A stretch of DNA of 64,000 nucleotides from Microthyrium microscopicum (GCA_010405405.1 MU004237.1:1499345-1563344), one strand, 5' to 3'; positions 35,745-48,828 are shown, numbered from the stretch's first letter. Numbers and translations: made by a program. The notes: a model not told the origin generated them from the sequence alone.

Positions 35745-36133
35745 GTCCACCGAGTTGACAAACAATGAGGGTGCAGGTTGAAGAAGCTGGGTAGCTTCTG
35801 CGAAACCGCACAAAAGCAAAGTGACTATTTTCTTCAGCATGATCGTAACACAAATTTAGCAAACAAAATTGGGTAAGAAAAAAGAAACTGTAAATTTCGT
35901 CTCGCATTGTCATAATATATGTCGTGTACAAGTGACACTAATAGTGCCATACTATATATAACTGTTAGCAATGAGCAAGTTTGAGTGTTTAAGCATTACC
36001 TTTATATTAAGTGCCCAGCTTCCAACGCAATTCCTTTATATTAGAATGCTGGTAACTCAAAGATACATTGTACAAGATATGCGTTGTATTCTAAGAATGA
36101 CTTGACACGGTGACTGTTCGGTGCCACAAATGC

Positions 36134-37753
36134 TTACTCGACAGAACTTGGCCCCTTTGCCATGTATATTCCGCCAACTTTGCCTAGCACTGTCCCCAAA
36201 CCATGATGTACTTCAGCCTGAAACCCGCCAAACGGTATCCGCTCACCATCAATGCTGATATAACCGTCCTTCTGCCGCGGAACGATGCGATATCCAACAA
36301 TCTTTTGATACTTCACATCGGCTGAGTCGATTAGCGCACCACTGCCCGTAGCATCGGCCAACTGCATGGCTCGCCGCCGTGAAATGTCGCCATTAACGCA
36401 AATAAGATCCATCAGCCCATCAGCTGGTAGACTGGTGGGGAACACGTTGGAGTTAGCAGTCATGTATGCCATGTTGCCTGCATAGAAGTTGCCTAAGTTT
36501 GGATATGGCTTCATGAGCCATGTATCAGGCAGTGCATCGTTGATGCTGCCGAAACGAAGGGTAGGAAGATCATTCGCGGAATCATCTTCTGATAAGAGAG
36601 TGAGAGATACATCGGGAATGGTGTCTGGACGTTTAGATATCTCAGAGTGTACGTGATGGTAGGCACGTTTGATTTCGTTGGTTTCGGAGATGGCGGTGCC
36701 GATAGCCACATCGACAGGCCAAATAGTTTTTGTCATTAAGCGTTTGACGTAGCCGATTGTGAAGCGCGTGTCGCCCATCCAGCGAAGGTCTTCGGTGCCG
36801 AGATCACATTCGGCGATGATGCCGACTGCTTGACTGAGGAAGGAAAGTGTGCGTGTGTTGCCTTGGGTGACTGATACTAGATCCATGGGCATCCTTACGC
36901 CTTTTACTACGGTCAGAGCCGCGAGTGCAGGATCATCTGTGCCATTTAAATTCCAGCTCATGCCATTTCCGCTACCACACGGTAATTGACAAACAGCAAG
37001 CTTCCGTAGCGCCCGTCGCGGGTACTTTTGCTTTGCCAAACCATTGAAAACCTCATGCGGAAGCCCATCTCCCGAGCAGCATGCGACGACATCAAAGTCT
37101 TCGATATTCAGCCTTTGTGCGATTTCTTCTCCATGTTTATGATGAGTGGTATGCTCCACCTCTATCTGACAGGCAGCAGCTTTGAAAAAAGGCTCGATAT
37201 GTTTAGAGTAGATCTTTGCCGCGCGACCACGTCCTCCATGTGGATTTATGAGTACTTTTATCCGTTTACGCGGTTGTGACTTGAAAGAGGATGAGTTGTA
37301 TGCGCGGTCGATGAGTCGCTCGATAAATTCGGATGCTTCGGAAACGCTAGCGGCGGGTATGGAAATGACGAGAGTATGAAGAGTCGCAGTCTTTCGTATG
37401 CGCTGCGCGTAGGAAATAGTAAGGACGAAGTCGCGTAATTCGGCCCAGAGGATATCGTAATAAAGAATAGTATTAGGCAATTGGCCGTGTCCTTAAGATG
37501 TTGTTAGTTGTGATATCAGTCGAGGCGCATTGCCCATGATCTCACCTTTTCTCCCAAGCCCACAGCACCCAGGATCTTGAGTCTCTTCGACAATCCTCGC
37601 AGTTCCAGGCGCAGTCCCCGAATCTTGCGATAACCTCAATTCGTTTTCTCCGAGTAATAGAGCACCAGCGGCTCCTAGGTTTAATTCCAGCGGGTTATTA
37701 ATATTCTTGGGAGGGGATATCTCCTCGTCACTAGGCGGCGGAGAGGCTTCCAT
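36134..37753 (-). CDS. Sphingoid long-chain base kinase (Lcb4/Lcb5-like, DAGK catalytic domain); 2 exons
   Basis: Motifs LINPHGGRG, SGDGLPHEVFNGL, LPCGSGN, DLGTEDLRWMG and ISIDGE. Confidence 0.93.
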
Positions 37754-38434
37754 TATGGTTATTGCAAGAGCATGGTAAAGATAGATTTATGAAGGATGGG
37801 AGCCTGAAAGGAAGCGTAGCAGGCAAGAAGTAGATTCTTTGCGAGATTGGTACCGGAAGTGAGCGGTGGTTGGGACAGGGTTGGTTAAGGTTGACTTGAT
37901 TAAGCTTCCGCATTTAGCTCCATCATCGTTGCCGCCATCACGATCTTTGTCTGTCTTGTCTGTTGACCAACCAGTCAAGTTGAAATTCAAACGACAGCAA
38001 ACTTCTTTTACGGCATATTCATTGTTGATAGGCCTGGCAAGTTTGAGAGGTCGTTGTTTGTAGTCTAATGTTCGGTACTCTTTGGGTTGATTCATCGCTT
38101 GATCAGCGGATTGGAGATAGTACTAGAGTAGCATTTTTCTCTCTGAACTACAAACATTATATCACGATTAGGGACATAACATAACCAGGGCATCGGATCG
38201 ACGCATTGAACCAGGCTTTGGGAACTGCATTTACACCGACTAGGGTACTTTGGTCTTTTCAGCGAAAGCTTTGTTTAATGAGCCCGCCGTTGAACATGTT
38301 GATGCGATTTAGCGTCTCTGTTGAATTCCTGTATTCATGAGTAGATGCAGTAGACGCATGACCGAGGTAGCAATATATGACATATTAATCTCAGATCAAG
38401 CTCTACAATTAGGAACAAAAAGATTCGACCTGAT

Positions 38435-39972
38435 CTAATCAAAGCTATACCTCAACCATTCCCCAACAGCTCGCAAGCTTTCCCATCTAACGCTCTCATT
38501 AGGATCTGCCATTAACTCCATCACCCGTGTCTTCAAGCCCATTTTCTCCAGAGTTGACCGCTTCTCCGGTACCTCTTTGACGAGACAAGCCACATCATTA
38601 CATCCAATCGCCAACACTTGCTTATCATTCTCCCAAGGCTTTGATAAGATGTCTACCAGAGCACGAGGAAGCTCGCCTTTATTCTCATCCAGGATACGGC
38701 GGGCATTCTCCGCCCAAAAAACGGGATTGCGATGTGGTGGTGACCAGCGTAGATGACCGGATCGTACTTCCGCGGCGTATTCGTCAAAGGTTGTCTGACC
38801 CTTGGTATATTCCTCGAGCATCTCGATGAGTCCGTTGAGATCTTCTACCAGGTCTGGATCAGAGAGATGACGTGCTTTGAGGGTTTGTAGGAGTGATGGT
38901 AGACGTGCTAGTCCTGCTGCGGGGAGAAGAGTTGCGCGATTAGTGGTAAAGAGGTTGTAAAGAGTAGAGAGTAGCAGCCGTGTGATCTTCTCCTTGGGAG
39001 AAACGCGTAGGAGTTGAACGTAGAGAATGAGAATGTCATGTTCACTGTCTTGATTAGTGTCTGGTCGGTGGAAGGTTTATAGCGTACGTACTCTTGAAGT
39101 CCTTCACCTACAAGCTCTCCCTCGAAACTGAGTTGCCAGATAACGAGCAAGACTCGGTATAGAAGTTGAATCCCCACACCCCCTGCTATTCCGGTGTCGA
39201 AGTTCGCTCGGGTGGTACTAGCACCCTCACTCCATAAAGTGGAACCAGTATCTTTACCAGCACCAGCACCAGCTCGAAGGATGTCCATCAAAGGATCAAC
39301 TGTCTCAGTTCGTTGGTCCCAGAAGAGCTCCCTTGTCTTCTTGCTCCTTAGCAGTGACGAATAAGCTTGTACTGCAATATCCTGGTGACCGGCATCGGAG
39401 CTCTTGGAAAGCGTAGATAGATAGGAGTATAAACTCTTCAAAGCTGATTCTAGTTGCGATGTGGTCTTGGAGGAAGACGTAACAGCTTGCGATAGCAGCT
39501 TTGTGAGGACCAGAGCAGCTAATAACGGGAGCGGTTCATCAAGGTTTGTCGACGCTTTGAGAAGGGGAAGGAAGGGAGCATATGGGTCTGAGTTCTTGAG
39601 AAGTGCCGACATCAAGGCTGGGCTATCTGTCTGGCTGTTAGCTTCTGTAGTACTCGTCACGATAACAATTCAATCACCCTCTATTGAGTCGTCGAGCAAG
39701 ACCAGTAAATAAACAACCATATCCTGTCGCTTGGCCGCACTTTTGAAGATACCCTCGCCATCGCCCCCTCCAAGAAAGAGACTGACATAACCATCCGTCT
39801 CACCATCCAAAGCTTGCTTTCTCTGCTCCTTCCGGACCTTGTCAATGGCTTTGATCTTCTTGTGGTCGGTATCGGTGATAGTTTTTGCTCGAACGGCGCC
39901 TTCCCATGGTATAGGTCGAGATCGGATATTGTTTTGCAGAGACACGACGTAGCTAGGAGGATCGAGAGACAT
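38435..39972 (-). CDS. VMA13: V-type ATPase V1 subunit H; 3 exons
   Basis: NNIRSRPIPWEGAVRA, IQLLY..LLVIWQLSFE, TTFDEYAAEVRSGHLRWSPPH and KTRVMELM..VRWESL. Confidence 0.93.
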
Positions 39973-40284
39973 GTTGACCAGCTTGAGGCAGATATCCGAG
40001 CGCAAAGAGAGGAATCAGGCCGGGAGAGCTTGACCTGGAGAACTGGAGCTGTTGGGGAGCTTGCCTATCGTCACGTTTGATTGGTGGTTGGAGAGTGGGG
40101 AGATATTCGGATAAGGAGGCTCATTTTAACAGCTGCACGATGGCGGGGTTAGCCTAAAGTGCATTCACACACGTGATATCATTTTTGAATGTCAAAAACA
40201 TGAGTTTGCCTCAAAGTTCAAAATACAACCGTTTATCGAACTTGCTGGGAAACATTTCAAGAGCTTGGGAGTCGGGTCGCCATC

Positions 40285-43233
40285 ATGACCAGCCTAAAGC
40301 GCACTCAGCCAACTGGCTCGGATTCCACCAACCTCTCCAGCAAAGTCTATGTTCGAACAACACGAGCTGGAAAAGTCCAGAAGATCGTCCGAGAAGTTTA
40401 CCTACGACAGGATATTCCTTGTTCTTCAGCACTGTGTTCGGAATGTTCAAAGATTTCAACGACTTACGCCCGCGGGCGAGCTCAGCCTCCAGTACTCGCA
40501 GCCAAGCCTCTGACCTCCGAAACTTTTTCAACGGGACATTATTTGGTGCCAGATACCAATGCAGTTCTGACTGGAATGGATCTATTCGAGCTTGAATCGG
40601 CATTCAAGGATGTCATCATTCTTCAAACAGTACTCGAGGAAGTCAAGAATCGTTCACTGCCGCTTTATCATAGACTCGTAGCGTTAACAAAGAACGAGGA
40701 TAAGCGCTGCTATGTCTTTTTCAACGAATTTCGAATGGAAACGTATGTTGTACGGCAAACAGGCGAAAGTATCAATGATCGTAACGATCGCGCTGTGAGA
40801 CGTGCTGTACAGTGGTACAAGGAACATCTCGAGTTGTCCGTTAAGAAAAAGGCATGTCCTGCCATTGTCATGATCAGCAATGACAACGATTGTCGGAAAA
40901 AGGCAATTGCCGAGGGTCTGGTTGGACTTTCATTATCGAAATATGTCTCTGGTTTGGAGGATGCAGATACATTGCTGGACATGGTCAATGAGGGTCGAGA
41001 GCGGGAAGATGCAAAGACTACTCAGGAGAACTTCTATCCTGAGTACTATTCGCTTTCCAAAATGACAACTGGAGTAAAAGCTGGGACTATGCATCAAGGA
41101 ACATTCGGTGTCTCGCCATTCAACTACTTGGAAGGCACAGTTCGTGTGCCAGCCTTTGAAAGACCATTGATTATTCTTGGTCGCGAAAACAGCAATCGAG
41201 CCGTTTCAGGAGATGTGGCTGTGGTTGAGGTGCTACCCAAAGAGCAATGGAAAACACCATCATCCAAGATCGTTGAAGAAGAGACCCTTACAAAGAACGA
41301 TAATCCTGAAGCCGAGGATGGAGAAACAGTGATCTCCAACAAAGAGCGAAAAGCACTCCAAGAAGACGTAAAGAAAGCACATGGCACAACAACAGAAGGC
41401 AAGCCTCAACCAACAGCACGGATTGTTGGTATCATCAAACGCAATTGGCGACAATATGTTGGTCATGTCGATAAAGACTCTGTGCGAACGTCAGATAAAC
41501 TCAGCCGAGCAGCACAAACTGTATTCGTGATACCGATGGACAAGAGAATACCCAAGATTCGCGTTCGAACTCGACAAGCTGGAGAACTACTTGGAAAACG
41601 AGTTCTCATCACAATAGATTCTTGGGATCGGGATTCAAGATATCCTGTGGGTCATTTCGTTCGGTCGCTAGGAGAATTGGAATCCAAAGGCGCGGAAACA
41701 GAAGCACTACTACTTGAATATGACGTTCAATACCGACCATTTGCAAAGTCTGTACTGGATTGTCTACCCGAAGAAGGCCATGACTGGAAAGTTCCAGCGG
41801 ATACGAGTGATCCAGGTTGGCGAGATCGGAGAGACCTACGTGATCTTCTAGTCTGTAGTATTGATCCTCCTGGATGCGTCGATATCGATGATGCCCTCCA
41901 TGCTACTCAATTACCCAATGGCAACTTTGCTGTTGGCGTCCATATCGCCGATGTTTCAAACTTTGTCAAGCCTGACACAGCCATGGACCGTGAGGCTTCG
42001 ATGCGCGGAACTACCGTCTACCTCGTCGACAAGCGAATAGATATGCTTCCCATGCTGCTTGGTACTGACCTCTGCTCACTAAAGCCATTTGTCGAACGTT
42101 ACGCCTTTTCAGTTCTTTGGGAACTCACCCCAGAAGCCGATATAGTCAGCGTCGACTTTAATAAATCTGTGATCCGGAGCCGCTACGCCTTCAGCTACGA
42201 ACAAGCACAACTGCGGATTGATGATGCTTCACAAACCGACGACCTCACCCAAGGCATGCGAATCCTCCTACAACTTTCACGGACTTTACGTGCCAAACGA
42301 ATGGCCGCAGGTGCTCTAAACTTGGCCTCGCCAGAAGTGCGAATCGAGACTGAATCAGAAACCTCTGACCCCATCGACGTGAAAACCAAGCAAGCGTTAG
42401 CCACCAATTCGCTTGTCGAAGAATTCATGTTACTCGCCAATATCTCCGTCGCCCGCAGAGTCCAAACCGCTTTCCCACAAACAGCTCTCCTCCGTCGCCA
42501 CGCCGCCCCTCCCGCCGCCAACTTCGCAACACTAACTCATCAGCTGCGCGTCAAGCGCGGGCTGACTCTCGACGTGAGCTCCTCTAAAGCACTTGCTGAT
42601 AGCCTAGACACATGCGTGTCATCAGACAGCCCATTCTTCAACACCCTGATCCGCATCCTAGCAACCCGCTGCATGACTGCTGCCGAATACTTCGCCGCAG
42701 GTACACTCGCGCCCGCTCAGTACCGGCATTACGGCCTCGCGTCTGAAATATACACCCATTTCACATCACCTATTCGACGATACGCCGATTTAGCCGTGCA
42801 CAGACAGCTAGCCGCCGCCATAGACTATGCACCCCTCGCACCAAGTCTTCAAAGCCGCAGCAGGCTAGAGGGTGTGTGCCGCAATATCAACGTTCGCCAT
42901 CGCAATGCGCAATTTGCCGGCCGAGCAAGTGTGGAGTACTACGTAGGGCAGGCATTGAAAGGTCGAGATTTGATCGAAGAGGGACATGTGATGCGAGTAT
43001 TCGAGAATGGCGTCGTGGTGTTTGTGCCGCGCTTTGGAATAGAGGGTCTTATACGTCTACGAGATATGGGGACACCTGAGCCGGTTGGCGAATTTGACGG
43101 CGAGGAGTATGTGTTGAATGTGACGGGCAGTAGGGAGGTACGTCTTGAATTGTTTGATGAAGTTAAGGTGCGGATTACGGATGAGGTTGAGGAGAGTACG
43201 GGAAAGAGAAAGGTCAAGTTAGGATTGGCATAA
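40285..43233 (+). CDS. DIS3: Exosome catalytic subunit Rrp44/Dis3
   Basis: CR3 motif REVYLRQDIPC, PIN domain (PDTN, QTVLEEV, NDRNDRA), RNB active site SIDPPGCVDIDDALH, HYGLA..YTHFTSPIRRYAD and C-terminal S1. Confidence 0.97.
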   Translation: MTSLKRTQPTGSDSTNLSSKVYVRTTRAGKVQKIVREVYLRQDIPCSSALCSECSKISTTYARGRAQPPVLAAKPLTSETFSTGHYLVPDTNAVLTGMDLFELESAFKDVIILQTVLEEVKNRSLPLYHRLVALTKNEDKRCYVFFNEFRMETYVVRQTGESINDRNDRAVRRAVQWYKEHLELSVKKKACPAIVMISNDNDCRKKAIAEGLVGLSLSKYVSGLEDADTLLDMVNEGREREDAKTTQENFYPEYYSLSKMTTGVKAGTMHQGTFGVSPFNYLEGTVRVPAFERPLIILGRENSNRAVSGDVAVVEVLPKEQWKTPSSKIVEEETLTKNDNPEAEDGETVISNKERKALQEDVKKAHGTTTEGKPQPTARIVGIIKRNWRQYVGHVDKDSVRTSDKLSRAAQTVFVIPMDKRIPKIRVRTRQAGELLGKRVLITIDSWDRDSRYPVGHFVRSLGELESKGAETEALLLEYDVQYRPFAKSVLDCLPEEGHDWKVPADTSDPGWRDRRDLRDLLVCSIDPPGCVDIDDALHATQLPNGNFAVGVHIADVSNFVKPDTAMDREASMRGTTVYLVDKRIDMLPMLLGTDLCSLKPFVERYAFSVLWELTPEADIVSVDFNKSVIRSRYAFSYEQAQLRIDDASQTDDLTQGMRILLQLSRTLRAKRMAAGALNLASPEVRIETESETSDPIDVKTKQALATNSLVEEFMLLANISVARRVQTAFPQTALLRRHAAPPAANFATLTHQLRVKRGLTLDVSSSKALADSLDTCVSSDSPFFNTLIRILATRCMTAAEYFAAGTLAPAQYRHYGLASEIYTHFTSPIRRYADLAVHRQLAAAIDYAPLAPSLQSRSRLEGVCRNINVRHRNAQFAGRASVEYYVGQALKGRDLIEEGHVMRVFENGVVVFVPRFGIEGLIRLRDMGTPEPVGEFDGEEYVLNVTGSREVRLELFDEVKVRITDEVEESTGKRKVKLGLA

Positions 43234-43899
43234 AGATAGATGCGCTGTATGATTAGGATGTATGTTAAATGCTACAAGATCATGTCTGCTTAAGTAGTTG
43301 GCCTCTTGCACTACCAGCTCGTCTTACTGCGTATATGGCCTCGAGTGTCGCACGCACTAGTATGCTACAAGGCTTGATCTGGTGTTGGCGTTAACATATC
43401 AGGCTGTAGAAACTCGAGACCTTGGGTACAAGTGTAACTCACCTCTACTTCTCCCCGCATACTATTTGCAATACGACAGTTCTAACTGTGCAACATCTTC
43501 TATTCTTTCCGGGTATCGTTCATGCGAGTGGCATCATTATGTGAAGTCTGTAGATCTACCTCTTTTAATCAGTTTTTACAAGGCGACAGCGACGCTACAG
43601 GTTCATACAGCATTGGACCTCAAAACAAGAGCGTCTAAAATACTTGTTCGCTCTGTCGCCTAGCTGTCAAAGCTCTCTATCAAATGTAGAGCTACCAGGT
43701 CATCCGGACTGGGAGAAGTTCGGGAGGATCGCAAGTCCATGGGCGATTGCTTCATAAACCTTCTTCATGATGAGCAGAGTGGTGGCCGACTTTTGCTAGT
43801 GTATATGACGACACGGAATGGCCACATTATGGGAAAGCGACGATCAGATAAATACACAAGCCACTTTTGGTGGTGAGGATGATGCTTTTGCGGGATCAT

Positions 43900-45560
43900 C
43901 TCCGATTCAAGCAGGACAGATCAATTGCTTGATGTCATGCGAGTGAGGTCATGGCTGGACGACTGAATAAGATTTCATTTGGGATGTGTCCCTGCAATAC
44001 TTGCGAAGCGCAAAAGTCTGGACTTTTTCCTCCGTTGCTTATGGATGTAAGAATCCGGGAAGTGATTGTGCCGGAAAACGAACCTGTGAAGTACATTGCT
44101 CTGTCCTATGTTTGGGGAACAACTCCAATGTCCAAGACATTGAAGGCAAGTATCCAAGCACATAAGGCTTTTGGTGCTAACACAGCGGGGAGTCTCTCAG
44201 CAGTCATCGGGGATGCGATGGCCGTTGTAGCGGAAATGGGGAGACTTACCTTTGGGTCGACCCCTTATGCATCGTTCTAGACGGAGACAACATCCAAGAA
44301 ATTTAGACGAAATGGACCAAATCTACCAACTGGCACTCTTCACAACCGTCTCCCTTGACGGCGATTCTGCCGACTGTCCTCTTCCCGGAGTCCCACCAGC
44401 CTCGAAACTTCCAATCCAAAAGGAGAAGAAATCTCAGGAATCAGTTTTATTCCCGCTCTCCCAATGCTTTAACACGTCACCGAATGCGCTACTCATAGCA
44501 CACGAGGATGGACGTTTCAAGAAAACCTACCATCAAACAGTGTCTTTAAATTACACAAAACCAAGCCTATTTCCAATGCAAGAAGACCGTTCTATGTGAG
44601 GGCCGAATCGGGGACTGTGGAGATCACGTAGATATCTTCAATTCTTTGTTGGGCGTAGCAGAAGATACCATTAGAAAAATCGCATACAGATCCTATCGGA
44701 ATGTGGTTGAAGCTTATACACAGCGCCGCTTCACTTATGCCACCGATATACGCAAAGCTTTTACTGGATTTGCTTCCGCTTGCATTTCAAAAGCGTCTTC
44801 TCCGACCATGAGCCCAGAGCTTAGGAGTTTCACGGCAAATTTACCGAAATCCTCACTCATGACGGCGGTGCTGTGAACTCCAAAGGCTAAATGTACAAGG
44901 AGAGCTTATAGTGGATTGAATCAGTTTCCTTTTTGGTCGTGGGCTGGCTGGGAGGGAGCAGTTGTTTACAACTCTTTCCTTGCTGATGATAGTAAAATTC
45001 GTTGCCGTATGTATAATGTTACGTTAGTGCAAGATTCAGAACGTAATAGCATCGACAGGGCTTGAAGAAGACTCGGCGCCTCAGCATGAAGGGATATGTT
45101 CAGCGACTCTGTTGAAATGGGTGAATGTGGTGCCCTCATCTCTACGCGAGCAAACCCATATCAAGAACAACTCTGAACCCCATTAGGCTGATCTTTTGGG
45201 CATTCAGTGTAGAAGTCGGAAGCTTTGCCATGAGCCCATAACAAAGTCACCGGATATATCTCAGAATCGCGTTATCATACAAAACTCATAAGGTGGAGCT
45301 ATAGAACTATTACTAGGAGATGTTGAACACGTTGGCTTCGGCCAAGCGAAAGACAGAGTGACATGCATCGGAGTAATGTGCCAAGAGGTGGATTATTGGC
45401 CTTACTACCTCACAAAAGACTTCTCTAATGGAGAGGATTGATTCCTGGTGCGGTGAAGATTCAGGATCTTTCGGCTGTCTGTTTATCATTATGCTCATTG
45501 AAGAACATGGTGATTGATGGGAGCGATTATCTATTGGGTTCTTCCATCCTAAGGCGCCAA
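43900..45560 (+). pseudogene. Degenerate HET-domain (heterokaryon incompatibility-type) gene
   Basis: HET motifs spread over different frames with stops: YIALSYVWG, YLWVDPLCIV, MDQIYQLA..T, STRGWTFQE, VEAYTQR.FT..DIRKAFTG and FPFWSWAGW. Boundaries approximate. Confidence 0.85.
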
Positions 45561-45744
45561 GTACTGTTGATTGGAGGTTAGAGTATACCGGTATGGCATT
45601 GGCGTAGAAGAGATCGAAGCAAGATTAGGGTGACCAAGTGATCTCATTGTCTACGCTATACTCAAGAATATCCATACAGCCTCTATTTCGCCTTGCAATA
45701 GGCTATCATATACAGTGTTCATCTCCATTTGACTTTACATGGAC

Positions 45745-47207
45745 CTAATCAAAAGCTCTCAGATTCAGTGGTACTGTACTTACACGTCCGGCTCGATACT
45801 TTTTCGGCACACCACTAAACTCTCTCGGCTTAGGAAACACACTTTCGTCTGTAAATCGCCATCGTGAGTCTTGAACAGTCACCGGCGCTTTCGGTTGCTC
45901 TGGTGAAATATATGAAGAGTTTGTCCTCGTTGTCGACATGGTCATACTGCTCGACCTGTTTCCATTAGAGTGTGTAGAACCCGGTCGCGAGGCAGCTGAC
46001 TGATTGAAATCGAGCATAGACCGTATGGGTAGCGGCTGTGCAGACTGGCTGGGCATTGGCCGTGGTGCGGATGCTGGAGGTGGTGGGGGAGCTGCTGGTG
46101 TTGATGGAGGAGGAGGGGCTGAATTTGGCGGAGGAGGCGGTGGTGGTGGTGCAGCAGATAATGGACGGGGTGGTGGAATTGATGGAGCGGGTGGAAGACG
46201 GCTGGGTGTGCTGTAGTTGTATGGATCGTAATCATCGTCTCGATCTCGATTTGGTGATGCTGATGGAGGTGGTGGAGGTGCGGCTGCGGGTTGACTTCGA
46301 TTAAAGGCGTTTCGAGCGGCCATTTCGGCTAGTGAAGCACTTGGTGAGCCATTTGTTGCGGGCAAAGCAGGAGCTCTGCCTGGGGGTTTAGGTGCTGAGA
46401 GAGGTAGATGTGATGATGATCCGGAAAAGTTGCCTGATGGTTTGCGAGATGAAGGTGGTGGTAGTGGAGGCTTCTTTCCTATCGGCGGTTTCGGCTTTCC
46501 TCCTAACGTGGCCGAAGATGATGAAGGCCGTAGTTGGTTCTTTAGCATAGATATCGATGGGACGACAGGCGCCGATGGTGCGGTCCCTGGCGGCGGTGGA
46601 GGCGGTGCACCTCCAGGTACTCTTGGAGCACTAGGTAGAGAGGACACAGCTCCCATAGGAGGTCTTGGGGCCTTTCTCGACGACTCGGGATCCGACATAT
46701 ATGCAGACTGGTTATTGGCACCTGTGTCGATTCCTCCGCCAGTTTTCCGAAGCTTAGGCATCCCTCCAGCTAGTAATCCAGCCAGCTGTGGTGGTGCCCC
46801 CATACTTGCGCCCGAGTCTCCGCCATCGCTATTACTTCGCGCTCTGGAACTGGCTGTGGGAGGAGGAGGAGCTAAGCCACCAGGTGCAGAGGGCGGCGGA
46901 CGCATTCCAGGTACAGGCGGCGCGCCAACAACGGGAGCGACAGGACCAGAGGAGACATTGCCGACTATTGGGGCGGATCGATCGTTAACCTGAGCGACTT
47001 TCTTTAGACGAGTGCCTTGTTCAATGCTGCTAAGCAAAGCGCCCTAGGTAATTATCAGTATGGGTTATACAGAACAGATAGATTCCAATATACTCGTCCT
47101 TTCCCTGGCGGTGGCCCTGATCCAGCTGGAGGTGGTGGAGGCGCTGGAGGCCCACGACCAGCGCCAGGAGGTGGAGGTGGAGGCGGCGGCGGAGGTGGTG
47201 GAGGCAT
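45745..47207 (-). CDS. VRP1: Verprolin/WIP homolog (WH2 domain, proline-rich); 2 exons
   Basis: N-terminal polyproline, WH2 GR|GALLSSIEQGTRLKKVAQVNDRSAP, GGMPKLRK, and C-terminal DSRWRF...PKPREF..KKYRAGRVSTVPL. Confidence 0.9.
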
Positions 47208-47535
47208 AACTATAAGATTTTGAGAGTTGTAGAAGATGCGCAAGGAGTTGTTGGTGTGCGGAAGGGGGGGGAAAGTGTAGGTATTAGGCTTCAAGAAATG
47301 GAAGTTGCCAAGTTGGTGATGAAGTTGACGACGAATGGTGGCTTGGAGCTTCGATACCTGGGCAGACTATGCTTATAGTGCCGGCACCATTTGGTAGCAG
47401 TCTGGTGACAATATCACTCGCATTGTAGACGCGGGCACATCCCTATTGAGCGTGTCTCAACCTCCCTGTCACTATATGATATCCCAACCGCTATCATAGA
47501 GTAATGACTTTACAATAGCCTCAATTCACACCACA

Positions 47536-48828
47536 ATGAAGACGTCGCAATATGTGTGTCGCGTCTGTCGGACAATTAGGAGCCCAATCAGGACTTCGAT
47601 ATTCTCTCGAGCCCCCGTTTTTACAACATCGCCAGCACGCCGGAAATTTTCTACAACACCTGCGTTACCTCTGGCAGCTGTCGCAATTCCAATTCCGCAA
47701 AAGTCCAAGAAAGCCACGCAAACCAAGGGCTTCTGGGGCAACGATTGGACAGTCTTTTCAGCAGACAATGCGGCTTTGGTTAAAAAGGCCCAGGTGCTAG
47801 GCGATGCCATCCTACAAGACCCAACCGCCCCATCAGAGGAGGAAGTGCTCAAGACCCTCGAGTTCATAAAATACGCCGCTTTGCAGTTAAACACACCTCA
47901 ACAAGCAGTTCAATTACCTAAAGAATTTCAGGAAGACAGCGACGACTCACAAATTTCCAAGAAAGATGTCACCTCCAATCCCAATGTCATGGCCGATATG
48001 CTCACCAATCTCCGCAAAAACACCAAAGCACCCGCCTCAACGACCGTGTCCCTCTCAATCGCAACCAAACTCCTATCTACACTCGCCTACAAAATCATAA
48101 TACACCCCCCTGTTTTCCTCTCCGCCAAAATCCTCGAATCCTACGTCGCCATTCAAACCACCCTCCTCGAACTCTCCACCCTCCCCGAAGTATTCGATCT
48201 CTACGCCCACAAACCCACCCCCGAACCAAATTCCTCACCCATCAAGTATATCGATCCAAACCCCAATAAAATCCAACAAGCTATTCCCGAAGCTCTCGCT
48301 GAACGAGCCCTCGATGTCGCGATCCGAAACCGCGAACTCACACTAAGTCTGGACATTATAAGCGCAACATACAGCACGAAAGCCTTTCGACGAAACAAAT
48401 TTTTCCGCAAAGCACTCCCGCTCATCGGAGGCCTGACTCTCACGCCCTTTGTAGCGCTCTCTGCAGCGCAGAGCTGGGCGAAGACCAGCATGACGGCCGA
48501 TCCACGCGAATTGGCATTCTACGGCTTTTTAGGTATAATCACGTATATCGGGACATTGAGTGGGCTGGGATATATTGCGCTCGCCACATATAATGACCAG
48601 ATGCGGCGCGTTACCTGGATACCGGGTATGCCGCTTCGAATACGCTGGATGCGAGAAGAGGAGCGAGCTGCGGCGGACAAGGTGGTGGTGGCATGGGGAT
48701 TCAAGGAGGAAGCGCGGAGAGGAGAAGAAGAAGGGGAGGAGTGGGAATTGCTCAAGGAGTGGTGTGGGCAGCGGGGGATGCTTATTGACGCCTCGGAGCT
48801 AATGGATGATGCTAGTTTTGAGGATTGA
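47536..48828 (+). CDS. Conserved fungal hypothetical membrane protein, probably mitochondrial
   Basis: 430-aa ORF with a basic, hydroxylated presequence-like N-terminus, two hydrophobic segments, and RVTWIPGMPLRIRWMREEER. Confidence 0.75.
   Translation: MKTSQYVCRVCRTIRSPIRTSIFSRAPVFTTSPARRKFSTTPALPLAAVAIPIPQKSKKATQTKGFWGNDWTVFSADNAALVKKAQVLGDAILQDPTAPSEEEVLKTLEFIKYAALQLNTPQQAVQLPKEFQEDSDDSQISKKDVTSNPNVMADMLTNLRKNTKAPASTTVSLSIATKLLSTLAYKIIIHPPVFLSAKILESYVAIQTTLLELSTLPEVFDLYAHKPTPEPNSSPIKYIDPNPNKIQQAIPEALAERALDVAIRNRELTLSLDIISATYSTKAFRRNKFFRKALPLIGGLTLTPFVALSAAQSWAKTSMTADPRELAFYGFLGIITYIGTLSGLGYIALATYNDQMRRVTWIPGMPLRIRWMREEERAAADKVVVAWGFKEEARRGEEEGEEWELLKEWCGQRGMLIDASELMDDASFED

Noticed and set aside
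27033..35840. MFS transporter plus aminotransferase as a secondary-metabolite cluster
   Set aside because: No PKS, NRPS, terpene or RiPP backbone gene, and MSH5 lies between them.
46004..47223. Gly-rich plus-strand ORFs
   Set aside because: Antisense reading of verprolin polyproline codons.
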